The notes beneath the pieces are model-generated. The model was not told where the DNA came from, did no database searches, and was given only the letters and a program-made list of their open reading frames with translations. This document shows positions 20,201 through 29,000 of a stretch of 64,000 nucleotides of DNA, in pieces. The DNA is from a virus. Every line of letters starts with the position of its first letter. The first letter of the stretch is position 1. The position numbers were made by a program, and so were the translations under genes. The stretch is taken from positions 42,796-106,795 of IMG/VR virus record IMGVR_UViG_3300042691_007361; one strand, 5' to 3'.

Positions 20201-23200
20201 TAGTTTCAAAGTTATGTATCCAGGAGTTGTACGTATATGATTTTACAATAGCAGCTTTTTGCTCAACCTCATTAAGGTCATTAGGTCCAAGCTTATCAAA
20301 TAGAGATTGATCAATATACTCTTGTACACCAAGGAAAGATAAGTTATCTGCAGTTTGTTCACCAAAGTAATTAATCATATCATTAATTACCTTTTGTTTT
20401 AGACCTGTTCTATCAGTTCTTAAGAAGTCTTCAAGTGTACCTCCGCTTTCTTTGATAGCATTCATTACTTCTTCTGAAAGTAATTCTTTTTTAGTATCTT
20501 CAGAAAGTACATTATCAAATGATGTTAGTACCTCACCGGCATATATCTTTTCACCATTCTCTCCTCTAGCAACTACTTTGTTATATCCACCATATTTCAG
20601 AAACTCATCCTTATTATCTTTGAATTTCATTATACGTTCATACTCAGCACCTAGATAAGGAATTAGTATGTTATTGATAGCATAGATATCTCCACCACCG
20701 TTGGGTGTAAACATTGACATGTCTACATAAAGATTTTTGTCTTCTCCTTTACCTGGATAAGATACAACACCACCATCTACTTTTACTCCAAATGATGATT
20801 TCTTAGATGCATGGCGGATGAATTCCTGTATACCACCTTTTAACATAAGGTGCATCTCTTGTAGGAACTTACTATAGATATCTAATGATGTTGTGGTAGT
20901 ACCAATATCTTCATTGGCAATCTGAGTACCAGCATCAATAAATAGTTTTAAAGAGCGCCCCTTGATTTTATCACCGTTTCCTTCAGTAGAGAAGATACTA
21001 TTGAGGATCTGAGATCTATTGTTATTTACAAATGAGTTAATCTTAGGATTAAGATAAGACATGTATTTAAACGGATTCTCTGCTGCTGTAGGATTAGAGT
21101 AAAGCTCTTTGATATTGTTTACTCTGTTTATAGCATCAACCTGACGGCTGATAGAGTGATCATCAATAAATTCATTAACAAGATTCTTCTCCGGGTTGAG
21201 CACAGAAAAATTAGATCCCTCCAAACCATATCTCATCTGAAGTTCTGCTAATCTCTTTACAATATTTTTTTGGTATACCTCTTTTACTTTCAAACCTGGA
21301 AGAATAGTGCCAGGTATTTTAGCTTGGAAAGTAGTAAGTGGATTAACTACAAAGTCACCAAGAACAGATATTGCTGCTTGACTAGCTGTAGTTCCTTTAG
21401 CTTGGATATTAGCTAAGTCTTTTACAATAGTGTATAGATACTGTAAACCATAGTAGTCTACATTATCCTTAAGTCTATCCTTTATAACTTTAAGATCATC
21501 AAAGATAAAACCAATAGCTCTGGCAAATTCAAATGATTTATTTACATCTAATTCATTTGGTCTTCTCTTATCTGCAAAGTCAGATACAAGTTTGCTTAAA
21601 TCATTTAGAGTAGTTACATTTTCTACTTTAGTGATGTATGGATTATCTCTTTCTGATTGAGCTTTGAACTCCGCCTGAAACTTCCTAATAACATTACTTG
21701 CATCAATTGATGCATCAGTCACCTCAACACTTACTTTATCTACTGTAAGTTTACCTGTCATATAATCATATGATTTATCCAGGTATCCAGTTAACTGCAT
21801 ATAAGGCACTCTCGGTCTTGAGAATGTCTGCCATATAGATGCAAGTACATCAAACTCTGCACTCCTCTCAATCCTTTGTGGATTAGGAAGTTTACTGTAA
21901 ACAAGTTGCTGTAACTCTGGTGAGTATGTTTGAGCTGCTTTCTCTAGCTTCTCATACATCAGGTTAATATCTTTAACTCCACCAATCTCTCTAGTGATAA
22001 TCTTCCATATCTTGGAGAAGTCTGCTAACTGATTAAAGCCTAGCTTGTTAGGTACAACTTCTCCTTTTTCTTTTTTGAATAGACTCTTGATTACATAGAT
22101 AGCTTCTTTTTGAGCAAGTTGTTCTAATGACTTCTTACCTACTTCACCTGTTTTTACAATTGAATCAGATGATCCTTCAGCACTAGTTTCATCAACTGGT
22201 TCTCCGTCTGCATCTTTTTCTTCATATGACTCTTCTGTATAATCCTCACGGATAATGTCAAAGCGGCTATTCTCCTTATGGTATTTAACTACACCTTTCT
22301 TATCATCACCCCAGTTATCTAATGTAACTTGTAAAAGTCTGATTTTATCAAGAAGTTCTTCTTGTTCAAACGTCAATGGTTTGTACTGAGGTCCTTCTTT
22401 TATAATAAGATCTGTTATACTAGTTGCACCACCGCGCTTGTAATTATCAAATTGTACTTGTGCATCTCTAAGATCTTTAACAATAATGATATCAGCTTGA
22501 TCATTATCCTCAGACTTAATAGTTTTATGAGAATAGAAATCAGCTACTATATCTATACCATAGTAGGATTGACCTTTAATTCTTTCTCCTCCTTTAGTAT
22601 CTGGATTAAGATTTTCAAAATTGTCAATTTGATTTGCAAGGAACACGTACTTGTTGTCTCCTTTTTTGCTTTTAAATATGGCTGCTGCATTGCTTTCTAA
22701 TTCACCTATGGTTTCTAATGCACTAAAAGGAGTTAAGGTAATACTACCTAATTCATCTTGGAACTCCTTAAGTTTATCTTGGAATATCTCTTTTACTGAC
22801 TCATATGCTACTGCACGGTTTTCAGGGTCAGTAAGCAATTTAATTGTAGAAGACTTTTTACCAAAGCCCTCATTAAGAGAATCCACAAGTCCAGAGATAA
22901 CTGAATCAATTGACTCATTGATTAGTATTGAATCTTGTCTACTTAGAGCATCTTCTCCTCTAGCATCAACTCTTTCAATACCACGGTTTAACATATCCCA
23001 CATAACATTATCAATGCTAGGTGAATATGTATTCATAAATATTTTACTTGCTTTTTTACTTGACCCAGCAAAGTATAGCTTATTGAATAACTCAGAAGCA
23101 GTTGCAGGATAGTCTTGATTAGCTACTGAAGCTTTGTCTACAACAACTTGTGCTGAACCTACTTTACCAAACAGAGCCTTAAGGAAGTCAAGTATCTTTC

Positions 23201-26063
23201 TAAAGATAGATTTCTTAACAGGAGTATCTTTCATTTCCTGTTTTGGATTCTTAGCAAAAGATCTAAAGTCTTCAGCTAGCATCTCTTCTATCTCTAGGTA
23301 TGATTTATTAAGATAAGGCTTATTACCTTTCTTATCAGTATAGTTTCTTACCTCATTGTATAGGCTAGTCTTCTGATCATTGGTTAGATAAAGCTGAGAG
23401 AATGCATGCCATGCTTCATGGTATACATCAACCATTGTTCCTTTGTTGATTTGAATCTTACCAAGTGTATCACCAGATAACAATGTCTGACCTGATACTA
23501 CAAAGCGCGCATATACATCTGAGTTAACTAGGTTAGCTGCGTGATCAATACCAATCAATCCTTTAAGTGGATTGAACTTACTATTCCACCAATTATTAGC
23601 TTCTTCTACCTGAGCTTTTGTAGCATCATTAGGTAAGTAACCTGCACGGTCAAGACCTTTCCAGTTCTTATTTAAAAGATTAGCTGTATTAGTATTCTTG
23701 TTTGTTGGCGTAACTGGATTTTGATTTTGCTCAATATCTTCAATAACAGGAGATACAGGTGTCTTATCTTCATCAGTTGGAACTTCAATCTCTAGTTCTT
23801 CAGCCTCTTCTGGTACTGCTGGTTGACTATATTCACTTACATCTTTCTCAGCAATAACACCAATATAATCTCCTGTAGATCCATCTTTGTTTACTTTAAA
23901 GATTTCAACTACATCCTTATATGTTACACCGTCTGCAACTAATTCATCTCTAACCTTGAGTCTAACAGCTTCACCTTCTGTAGGGAAGTTTGTGTCTTTG
24001 TAACTCTTATCACCTTTAGTAATAATAAGAGTCTTGTTAGGATAGTATGCTTTTGCTTCTGCATCTGCACCTGGTACATCTACTTGGTAGTTAGCATAGA
24101 ACTTACCCATATAGAAACCTGACTTAGGTGACTTTGCTGTAGCATCTAATTCTCCTGCTTCTTTTACTAAATCAACAATCTGATCTTTAAGCTTCTTAGT
24201 TTCAGTTCTGTTATCTTGAGATACTTTGTCTTTAGCCTGTTGGATAATTGTATTAGTTTTATTCGGTGCTGCAAAGAAGATATAACTATTAACAGAGTCC
24301 TTGTTTACATCTCTAAGGTTAATTGTTGCAGGAAGAGTTTTTAAATAATCAATATAATTTCCAAATGTAAGTCTCTTTGTATCAGCATTATACACAAAGT
24401 AACGTTCATTCTTTAAAAGATCACTGTTAAATGTCATCTTTGAAGGAAACATTTTATCCTTTCTGCCTTTACCAGACATTAACACATCATAGATCTTCTT
24501 TTCATATGATGCTAACTGATCATCAGAAAGTGCTTCTACAACTACTTGAGAAAGATCAATTGTATTATCTAGAAACTTACGTGATTGATTTTGTTGGAAA
24601 GTCTCATTAGAATAATTAAAGTAGAACTCCTGATTAGGAATATTTGTAGAAGTGCTATGTCTTCTTGCTCTATAGTCAATCTTGTTATTAAAGAACTGAT
24701 AATAGAAATCTGTTCTTACTTTGAATGGTAAGTTTCTATCTGTTAATACTTTAGATACTTGTTTTGCTACATCATCAGTAGTATCTGGTCTATCTATTAC
24801 AACTTCAGTACCGTTAATAGTAATTGTAGCATATCCTTTCTTGAATCCTGCTCTATCTTTCTGTACTGTCTTGATGCTTTTAAATACTTGCTTATCAATG
24901 TCAGCCTTCTTAGAAAGGTCAGAAAGAAGAATTGTTTTTCCTACTAGACCCTCAAGAACACCTGGGCTTATACCAGATATAGGTAATGTTATCTCTTCTT
25001 TATTGTTTAGGACTCTTTCTTTGATATTATATAGAAGAGCCATTTCATTTTGTTGCTCTTGTGCTATACTATTAATTACTGCTGGATCATTTGTTTTATA
25101 CAATGACATTGCAATTTCTGCAGGAGAAAGAACAGACTGATATCCATAGATATTGGATACACTGTACTTACCATTCTCTAATCTTGTATCTCTTAAAAAC
25201 TGATATACAAGTTTACCTCCATCAGCTTTAGTACTTATATCTCCATTTTCTGAGAAGTAGACAAACTTACCATCTCCATCAGTCATCACTAATAGTACTT
25301 GCTCATCTGCAGGTGTTACACCCTCAGCAGTTTTAGCAGTCTTCTTAATTGACTTTGACCGGATGATGATATTTTTAGTATAGTTATCTAGCTCATCTTG
25401 ATTAATAGATGTAAGCTGAACAGCTTTAAGCTTTAAAGTTGTACCTTGGTATACTAAACTATCTGCTGCAGAATCAACACCATCAGTCTCAGTCTGAATC
25501 TTATTCAGAGTATTATAGATAGTTCTTTTAGACTCATCAAGAGTTTCAATAAACATATCTACTCTAGTAGGGTCAGCTGCAATTAGTTCTTGGGATGTAC
25601 CACTTAGTGACGTATATGGTCTAAAGCGCTCAGAAGGATAGTAAAAAGTACCCTCTGGGTCCATCTCTTCAGTATTACCTGCTTCACCCTTTAATGTATT
25701 TACATAAGCTCTAAGAAACTTTTTTGATGTTTCCTTATATGTATTGATTACATTATTGATACCGTTGTCAACATCTAAGTATGAACGCCCTAGCTCAGCT
25801 AGAGAGTTTAAATCTAACTTTGTAAAGCTTGGGTTCTGAATAAAGTCTGTGTTGTACAGATCAATAATCATACGTGGTACATGCTGAATTAATTTAGCAG
25901 CAGTTTCAGGAGTTGAAGCTTGAGCTTTATTACCATATACATAAGCCATATAGTCTGCAGGAGAAAACGGTTCAGCTCCCTCCTTTAATGAATCAGACAT
26001 ATGTTTGTATATACTCTTATATAATTTTTCTACTGTTGTACTAGATAAGGCACAATTGATCAT
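14256..26063 (-). CDS. giant virion-type two-barrel DNA-dependent RNA polymerase with zincin, RNase H and ASCH domains
   Basis: 3935 aa. ARIP followed by the catalytic AGSDFDVDK loop (DFDVD at 18480-18494); EADGAG and FHK motifs; VYHEAWH...EEMLAE; C-terminal YSDGS...WVKGH...NDLAD. The position matches the crAss-like RNAP cluster. Confidence 0.85.
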   Translation of the reverse strand: MINCALSSTTVEKLYKSIYKHMSDSLKEGAEPFSPADYMAYVYGNKAQASTPETAAKLIQHVPRMIIDLYNTDFIQNPSFTKLDLNSLAELGRSYLDVDNGINNVINTYKETSKKFLRAYVNTLKGEAGNTEEMDPEGTFYYPSERFRPYTSLSGTSQELIAADPTRVDMFIETLDESKRTIYNTLNKIQTETDGVDSAADSLVYQGTTLKLKAVQLTSINQDELDNYTKNIIIRSKSIKKTAKTAEGVTPADEQVLLVMTDGDGKFVYFSENGDISTKADGGKLVYQFLRDTRLENGKYSVSNIYGYQSVLSPAEIAMSLYKTNDPAVINSIAQEQQNEMALLYNIKERVLNNKEEITLPISGISPGVLEGLVGKTILLSDLSKKADIDKQVFKSIKTVQKDRAGFKKGYATITINGTEVVIDRPDTTDDVAKQVSKVLTDRNLPFKVRTDFYYQFFNNKIDYRARRHSTSTNIPNQEFYFNYSNETFQQNQSRKFLDNTIDLSQVVVEALSDDQLASYEKKIYDVLMSGKGRKDKMFPSKMTFNSDLLKNERYFVYNADTKRLTFGNYIDYLKTLPATINLRDVNKDSVNSYIFFAAPNKTNTIIQQAKDKVSQDNRTETKKLKDQIVDLVKEAGELDATAKSPKSGFYMGKFYANYQVDVPGADAEAKAYYPNKTLIITKGDKSYKDTNFPTEGEAVRLKVRDELVADGVTYKDVVEIFKVNKDGSTGDYIGVIAEKDVSEYSQPAVPEEAEELEIEVPTDEDKTPVSPVIEDIEQNQNPVTPTNKNTNTANLLNKNWKGLDRAGYLPNDATKAQVEEANNWWNSKFNPLKGLIGIDHAANLVNSDVYARFVVSGQTLLSGDTLGKIQINKGTMVDVYHEAWHAFSQLYLTNDQKTSLYNEVRNYTDKKGNKPYLNKSYLEIEEMLAEDFRSFAKNPKQEMKDTPVKKSIFRKILDFLKALFGKVGSAQVVVDKASVANQDYPATASELFNKLYFAGSSKKASKIFMNTYSPSIDNVMWDMLNRGIERVDARGEDALSRQDSILINESIDSVISGLVDSLNEGFGKKSSTIKLLTDPENRAVAYESVKEIFQDKLKEFQDELGSITLTPFSALETIGELESNAAAIFKSKKGDNKYVFLANQIDNFENLNPDTKGGERIKGQSYYGIDIVADFYSHKTIKSEDNDQADIIIVKDLRDAQVQFDNYKRGGATSITDLIIKEGPQYKPLTFEQEELLDKIRLLQVTLDNWGDDKKGVVKYHKENSRFDIIREDYTEESYEEKDADGEPVDETSAEGSSDSIVKTGEVGKKSLEQLAQKEAIYVIKSLFKKEKGEVVPNKLGFNQLADFSKIWKIITREIGGVKDINLMYEKLEKAAQTYSPELQQLVYSKLPNPQRIERSAEFDVLASIWQTFSRPRVPYMQLTGYLDKSYDYMTGKLTVDKVSVEVTDASIDASNVIRKFQAEFKAQSERDNPYITKVENVTTLNDLSKLVSDFADKRRPNELDVNKSFEFARAIGFIFDDLKVIKDRLKDNVDYYGLQYLYTIVKDLANIQAKGTTASQAAISVLGDFVVNPLTTFQAKIPGTILPGLKVKEVYQKNIVKRLAELQMRYGLEGSNFSVLNPEKNLVNEFIDDHSISRQVDAINRVNNIKELYSNPTAAENPFKYMSYLNPKINSFVNNNRSQILNSIFSTEGNGDKIKGRSLKLFIDAGTQIANEDIGTTTTSLDIYSKFLQEMHLMLKGGIQEFIRHASKKSSFGVKVDGGVVSYPGKGEDKNLYVDMSMFTPNGGGDIYAINNILIPYLGAEYERIMKFKDNKDEFLKYGGYNKVVARGENGEKIYAGEVLTSFDNVLSEDTKKELLSEEVMNAIKESGGTLEDFLRTDRTGLKQKVINDMINYFGEQTADNLSFLGVQEYIDQSLFDKLGPNDLNEVEQKAAIVKSYTYNSWIHNFETINLFYGDMAQYNHLKEEMHKRNTGSTSGGPKFLTDVMAQDFINNIWNKDRVDDDGNIIERVTYASKVAAEEKNDDYNKFHYDGTFNTAVVKDVERPSVYLKDIEAGLRAEYKLNGKSEAQINDLLEKELKPYKEMNEADGAGVIGIDAYRTLKKLENAWSNKQEELYKKIINKVPIKASDVVNYFPVYKLQNFGPLANTDLPLTSFHKFALMPLIPSEIAGSQLEHLHKEMMRNNIQYLTYESGSKVGNVTSNGKADVIFADDTQKELKKELTLTPNTIYLEYLKSVTNINAKYKTIVTFPTQLRGLILDGLFDKGAITKPEFDKLATKYDDVVAQYTNLLKLEILEEIGYEQKNGKYIGNIKNFLELIQKELGKRDIPDHLLRSIGVDFNGNIKTDLSLHLEADTIERMLLSVLTKRLIRQKVKGEALVQVPSTMYNGLWDQTVQFDKASEKDKKKYLGSNNLPSYHPGKDGTNAMKIAIALQGDFVNLLKLQYKGEEIGNISRLNEAIKDDEWLDTGNNRKAITLAGARIPIQNLNSMEFGEVWHFLDPAAGNKVVVPTEIVAKAGSDFDVDKIFWMMPHINTQGEYATGAISNEELKQKIDDLKKIKPKPGMKKPSPKALIQKQKKALENELIQATKDILATPGNFASLVRPNETHLVKGTADEFEPYVIEYNRYKNMHGEEQRMGPADDSGKRKKAISPTRILEVGYNLHKHDVNMVGKDTLGIEALQNKKHPIFKSIGAKMPKTYKESFFDENSGKYVDGERDYETRLLLPHAEIDGHISLSNNVNVAGTRIADVYSHIMNGLLDVEKDPWAFFIQANLETISILNYLLEAGVPEKTAIAFVSQPTIREYGSNQKLLKSTFSTLATKEIPQATFTKFKAANRIEKRIPYQRRALYLKQINENAYSRAIAKVGDNDTISVVLDGDNAPQVTLVKNLKTAIQKGITTPAKVVSIYRGAEVSKKNLLYKRFGSLVTNDTAYDAAVLATSEPGILNDKGYFDEETLIASIKDPKNPKYKAIQDAAFLHFLEIEKQIKGLEAVKRQSNPDTKLLKTIQQVRKREQAFLDSTETSKVDPELPEAIRNKSILRSFYQGDLALDLVEPVMPLRLNKEVSDFITSKLGGNKTEISRKFGQGMDGEERFTSEFNNAVINYIFQNYMSNFVDSKGNISELPDYYRGSQIVIKPGVQNGVEYKDGVIYVDRGQLNRDFTDKKYLKTSDSNDSFTKRGLTSFKVSDDPFRSQASFNRYVVEREYLRSIYTEGESYTPAFEKFLAQRALLNTFNRDAIVGTDEFSYTNLVMNTIREFSQLKDRYPILGQISVLPYKGKEKIVQLNDRNILKGELGDVYFQNLRELADVNVRKVSSEADNKRLSDVFRIFSLMMIHQHGVGYTKYGFNKALDDTMYLEVMRSAAGTFMQNNLNPASLSKVYNNLMSDSQFKNYVVEPKVFNSNQVTAFPLEETISTRTAIDNLVNELGENEFNQMVKDLNPDLTIIDVPENVDLQKLYSDDYDDYVDVTYQSLNIILDRLATAGVNVDKLSNLFHDFSTDQPVNISEFSLWVDNNIKAPEVEESPEILEKDMGDNQQLSLFEEEKVEAKENKTAKMSTVQEPIRVYSDGSDIKGTGNIGFGAVYKYQDKEFGLSGTQEGEAVKDLQAKFPNAKFSNPTMEMLALSTVLETFQDTGEHLFIHQDYNGAVNYNGLWQHSEGSLQRADKPWKSKEPYIQYLIDKAVAAIAKIEANGGSVKITWVKGHSGEEMNDLADKYAKSRKNFNEFLKPMSNQLTQPLSFKGKMSFSYGDNKRPGVTADSTIAAVALGERTATTRYSDQKGFDYWKKAKTGDIIEWVSDNGDSLKVKVTKPLHKLVGSGKTASQWSQLEGWSTDYFNKVVRPKLDKAWQIEFEYIPDTYKNAINTAQESGFDFSAISVGNYSMLDDFYNTLTAEQQQKLGNLDDVIESYFEMYADTMSEEQYIEHLKNCKL

Positions 26064-26074
26064 AATAAAATGTT

Positions 26075-29000
26075 TTAACAGTCAGAGGTTACGTCTTCAA
26101 ATAGTTCAGTATCTACAGCATCAGTAAGTTGTTTGTCTGCTTCTTTCTTAAGAGCATCTTTTCTATCTGAACTTTTAAGTAGATTGTTGATGTTTTCAAA
26201 TGATTCTTCCATAAAGTCTTTTTCATCTTTTGTCAATGGAGCTCCCTCATCTTCTGAACCTTCTGTTTTCATAACCTCTTGTTTTAATATAAACATTTTA
26301 TTTAACTCTGCAAAGTTAAATGTGACTGGGACTGATGGTACTGTTGTAGTATTTACATCAGCAAACTGAGCAACCTTATCAATAGATTTAATGGATACAA
26401 TGTCACCCTCTGCTATAGCAAGCTTGTTATTAACAAATATAGGATTAATTGCGACAAGTTGGTCACCTACTTTGACATTCTCAGGTGTAAGTTTTACTGC
26501 TACTCCACTATCTAATTGCCTCTGTCTTTCATTGATAAGTTCCTGTACTGCCGTTACACTTTCTACAGAGATATTATTCTTAGCAATAGCCTGTGCAAAG
26601 TCAGACTTGAATAGGTCTAATACTTCTTGTGTAGCCTCAGCAATAGGTTTTCTTAATGTATCAATGTCCAGATCAATAACTGGTTCTTCTTGTGGTACCT
26701 GTATGTCACTATCTTCTGCCGGAATGTTACCTCCAGTAAAGTCTTCATTTTGAGCAGGTCCTGTCTCTTCAGTTTCTGGCGCAGCTTTAATCTTTCTTGG
26801 AATAACAGAGTCAATTTTTTCCTGGATATCAGGTGTTATCTCAAGTGGTATTCTGTATTTACCATCCTCTAATGCACCTTTAGCAGTTGGTTTACCTGCT
26901 CTAGTTATTCTACCTGTGTTAGCCTCATAGTCTATTTGAATCGGTAATAGACTGACCTTAGCTTGTTTATCAGTAAGATTGTAAAGAAGATTAGCATATG
27001 CTGTTTGTTGTAATGTATAGATTTCTTTTTTGGAAGATTGATTACCTTCTACATTGAATCCTCTCCATTTAACTTCTTTACCAGTCTTAGTATCAATGAT
27101 GTACACATTACCAAGTCTATCTACAGCAAGTAAGTCAACTTCACCAGCTACTCCTGCCTCTTCATCATAAAGAACAAGACCTCTTTCTGTACCATCATTG
27201 AGTACAACTCTTGATAATACATAAAGACCTTCTTCATCTACTAGTCTTTTTATGTTTCTGAGGTAGCCAAGGCTCTCTGGGTCTTCATTAAATAAAGCAT
27301 CATATGCTTCTCTAGTAATTTTAGTATCATCAAACTTAGGCTCTTTGTCAGCAAACAAGTCACGGACTTGATCATCAATATAGTTACCTGAGATTCTAGA
27401 TTCTTCATAAGTCTTCTCAGCAATTGTATTCATGACCTTATTAATTAGGTCTTCATTTGATGCAGACGGAGCTTCACTCAACATAGTATTGAGCTCATTC
27501 TGTAACTCATTGTATGTAAAGTCACTAAATCCAGGAAGCTTCTGCTTTCTCAATTCAGTGATGAAGTTACTTATTGATGACTCATTAAATCCTTGCTCAG
27601 CTATTGTAGTATTGAAAGTAGCTTTAACATCACCTTCAGCTTGATACTTATATTCTTCTGTCTCAAACTTTCTAATGACTTGAGTTACTCTCTGCATTAT
27701 CTGGTTGTTAATCAAATAACCACCTTTACCTTTAGTGATATCATTTTGGAAATCAATAATAGGTTGTATTAAATCAATAGTTTTTCTTTGGGCTTCACTG
27801 AATCCCTCTCTTACTTTACCAGATAGATAATCATTTATCTTTCTAATACTATATGCAAGTCTTGCGGATCTTTGTTTTATATCAGGAGTTTGTTCTTCTT
27901 TAGCAAGAGAATCTAATTCAGTCTGATATGTTTTAAGTATTGATCTTAACTGAGCTTCAGGTATCTCATTGATCTTCATTGTTTTATCACCAACTTTGAT
28001 CATCGGTACCTCTGGTTCTCTAACCATTGCTTTACCAAGCTCCTGTTCTTTATTATAATCATCAACTAATCTAGCTGCAACAAAACTACTTTTTAAGAAT
28101 GAGTCTAATGCCATATCAAAATCATCTCCTGATAAATCAGTAAGACCATTTTCATCAGCATATTCTTCAAAAGCAAGAACTATTCTATTATACAAATCTG
28201 GTGGAAACTCATCCATATCCATATCTGTTGTATAGATAACCCTTTCTTTTACCTCACCTGGATTCTCTACACCTTTTTCAGCAGCTGATTGAAGTATGTC
28301 TGCTTTCTTTTCTGCAAACTCATCCATGATTTCTTTAACAGCATCTGGATCCGGTTCAGTAACCATAACAAACTTAGTTGCTTCTGCAAAAGAATCAGAT
28401 GTGCCAAGTTCTTTTAATGATTCTGGTGTAACTTCTTCACCATCTTTATCATTGAATCTTAATACCTCACCGTCTTTGTAGAAAGTAAGTGGTGTGCCAT
28501 CTTTACCAACTACATCTACATACTCTTTGTCTCCAAGTTGCTCAGAGATATTTTTAGATTTGATTGTCTCCTTGCCTTTAAAGTCAAGTGACCCTTGGTC
28601 TTCCCTCTTCTCATTCTTAGGTAATACATCTATTCTAGCTTGCATTTCAGCATCAAGCTTGTCAAGATCTTCTCTTACTGACTCTTCAACAATCTCCATT
28701 TCATTCTTAACTGTCTGAAGATTATTCAGCATCAAGAATGGTCTGATGATCTCATCATACATTGGGTGAGACTTACGGATAACTACTTTATGAACATCAT
28801 CATAGATCTCATCTGGTAGTATCTTCATTTCTCTCCATCTTTCAAAGTCATCTAGACTAATGTAAAGACCTTGGCTAGCTAAGTGATTAAGTAAGTCATT
28901 ACCTTCTTTCTTCTGGAACTCTTGCTCTTTAAGATTCTCATAGTATTCTCTACGGTTATCATAAAGCTCTTTCATCCAAACTTTGTTGCGCTTAACATGC

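Noticed and set aside
3804-26063. Inteins or self-splicing introns in PolB or RNAP
   Set aside because: No C...HN splice motifs, no LAGLIDADG/HNH motifs and no frame breaks seen.
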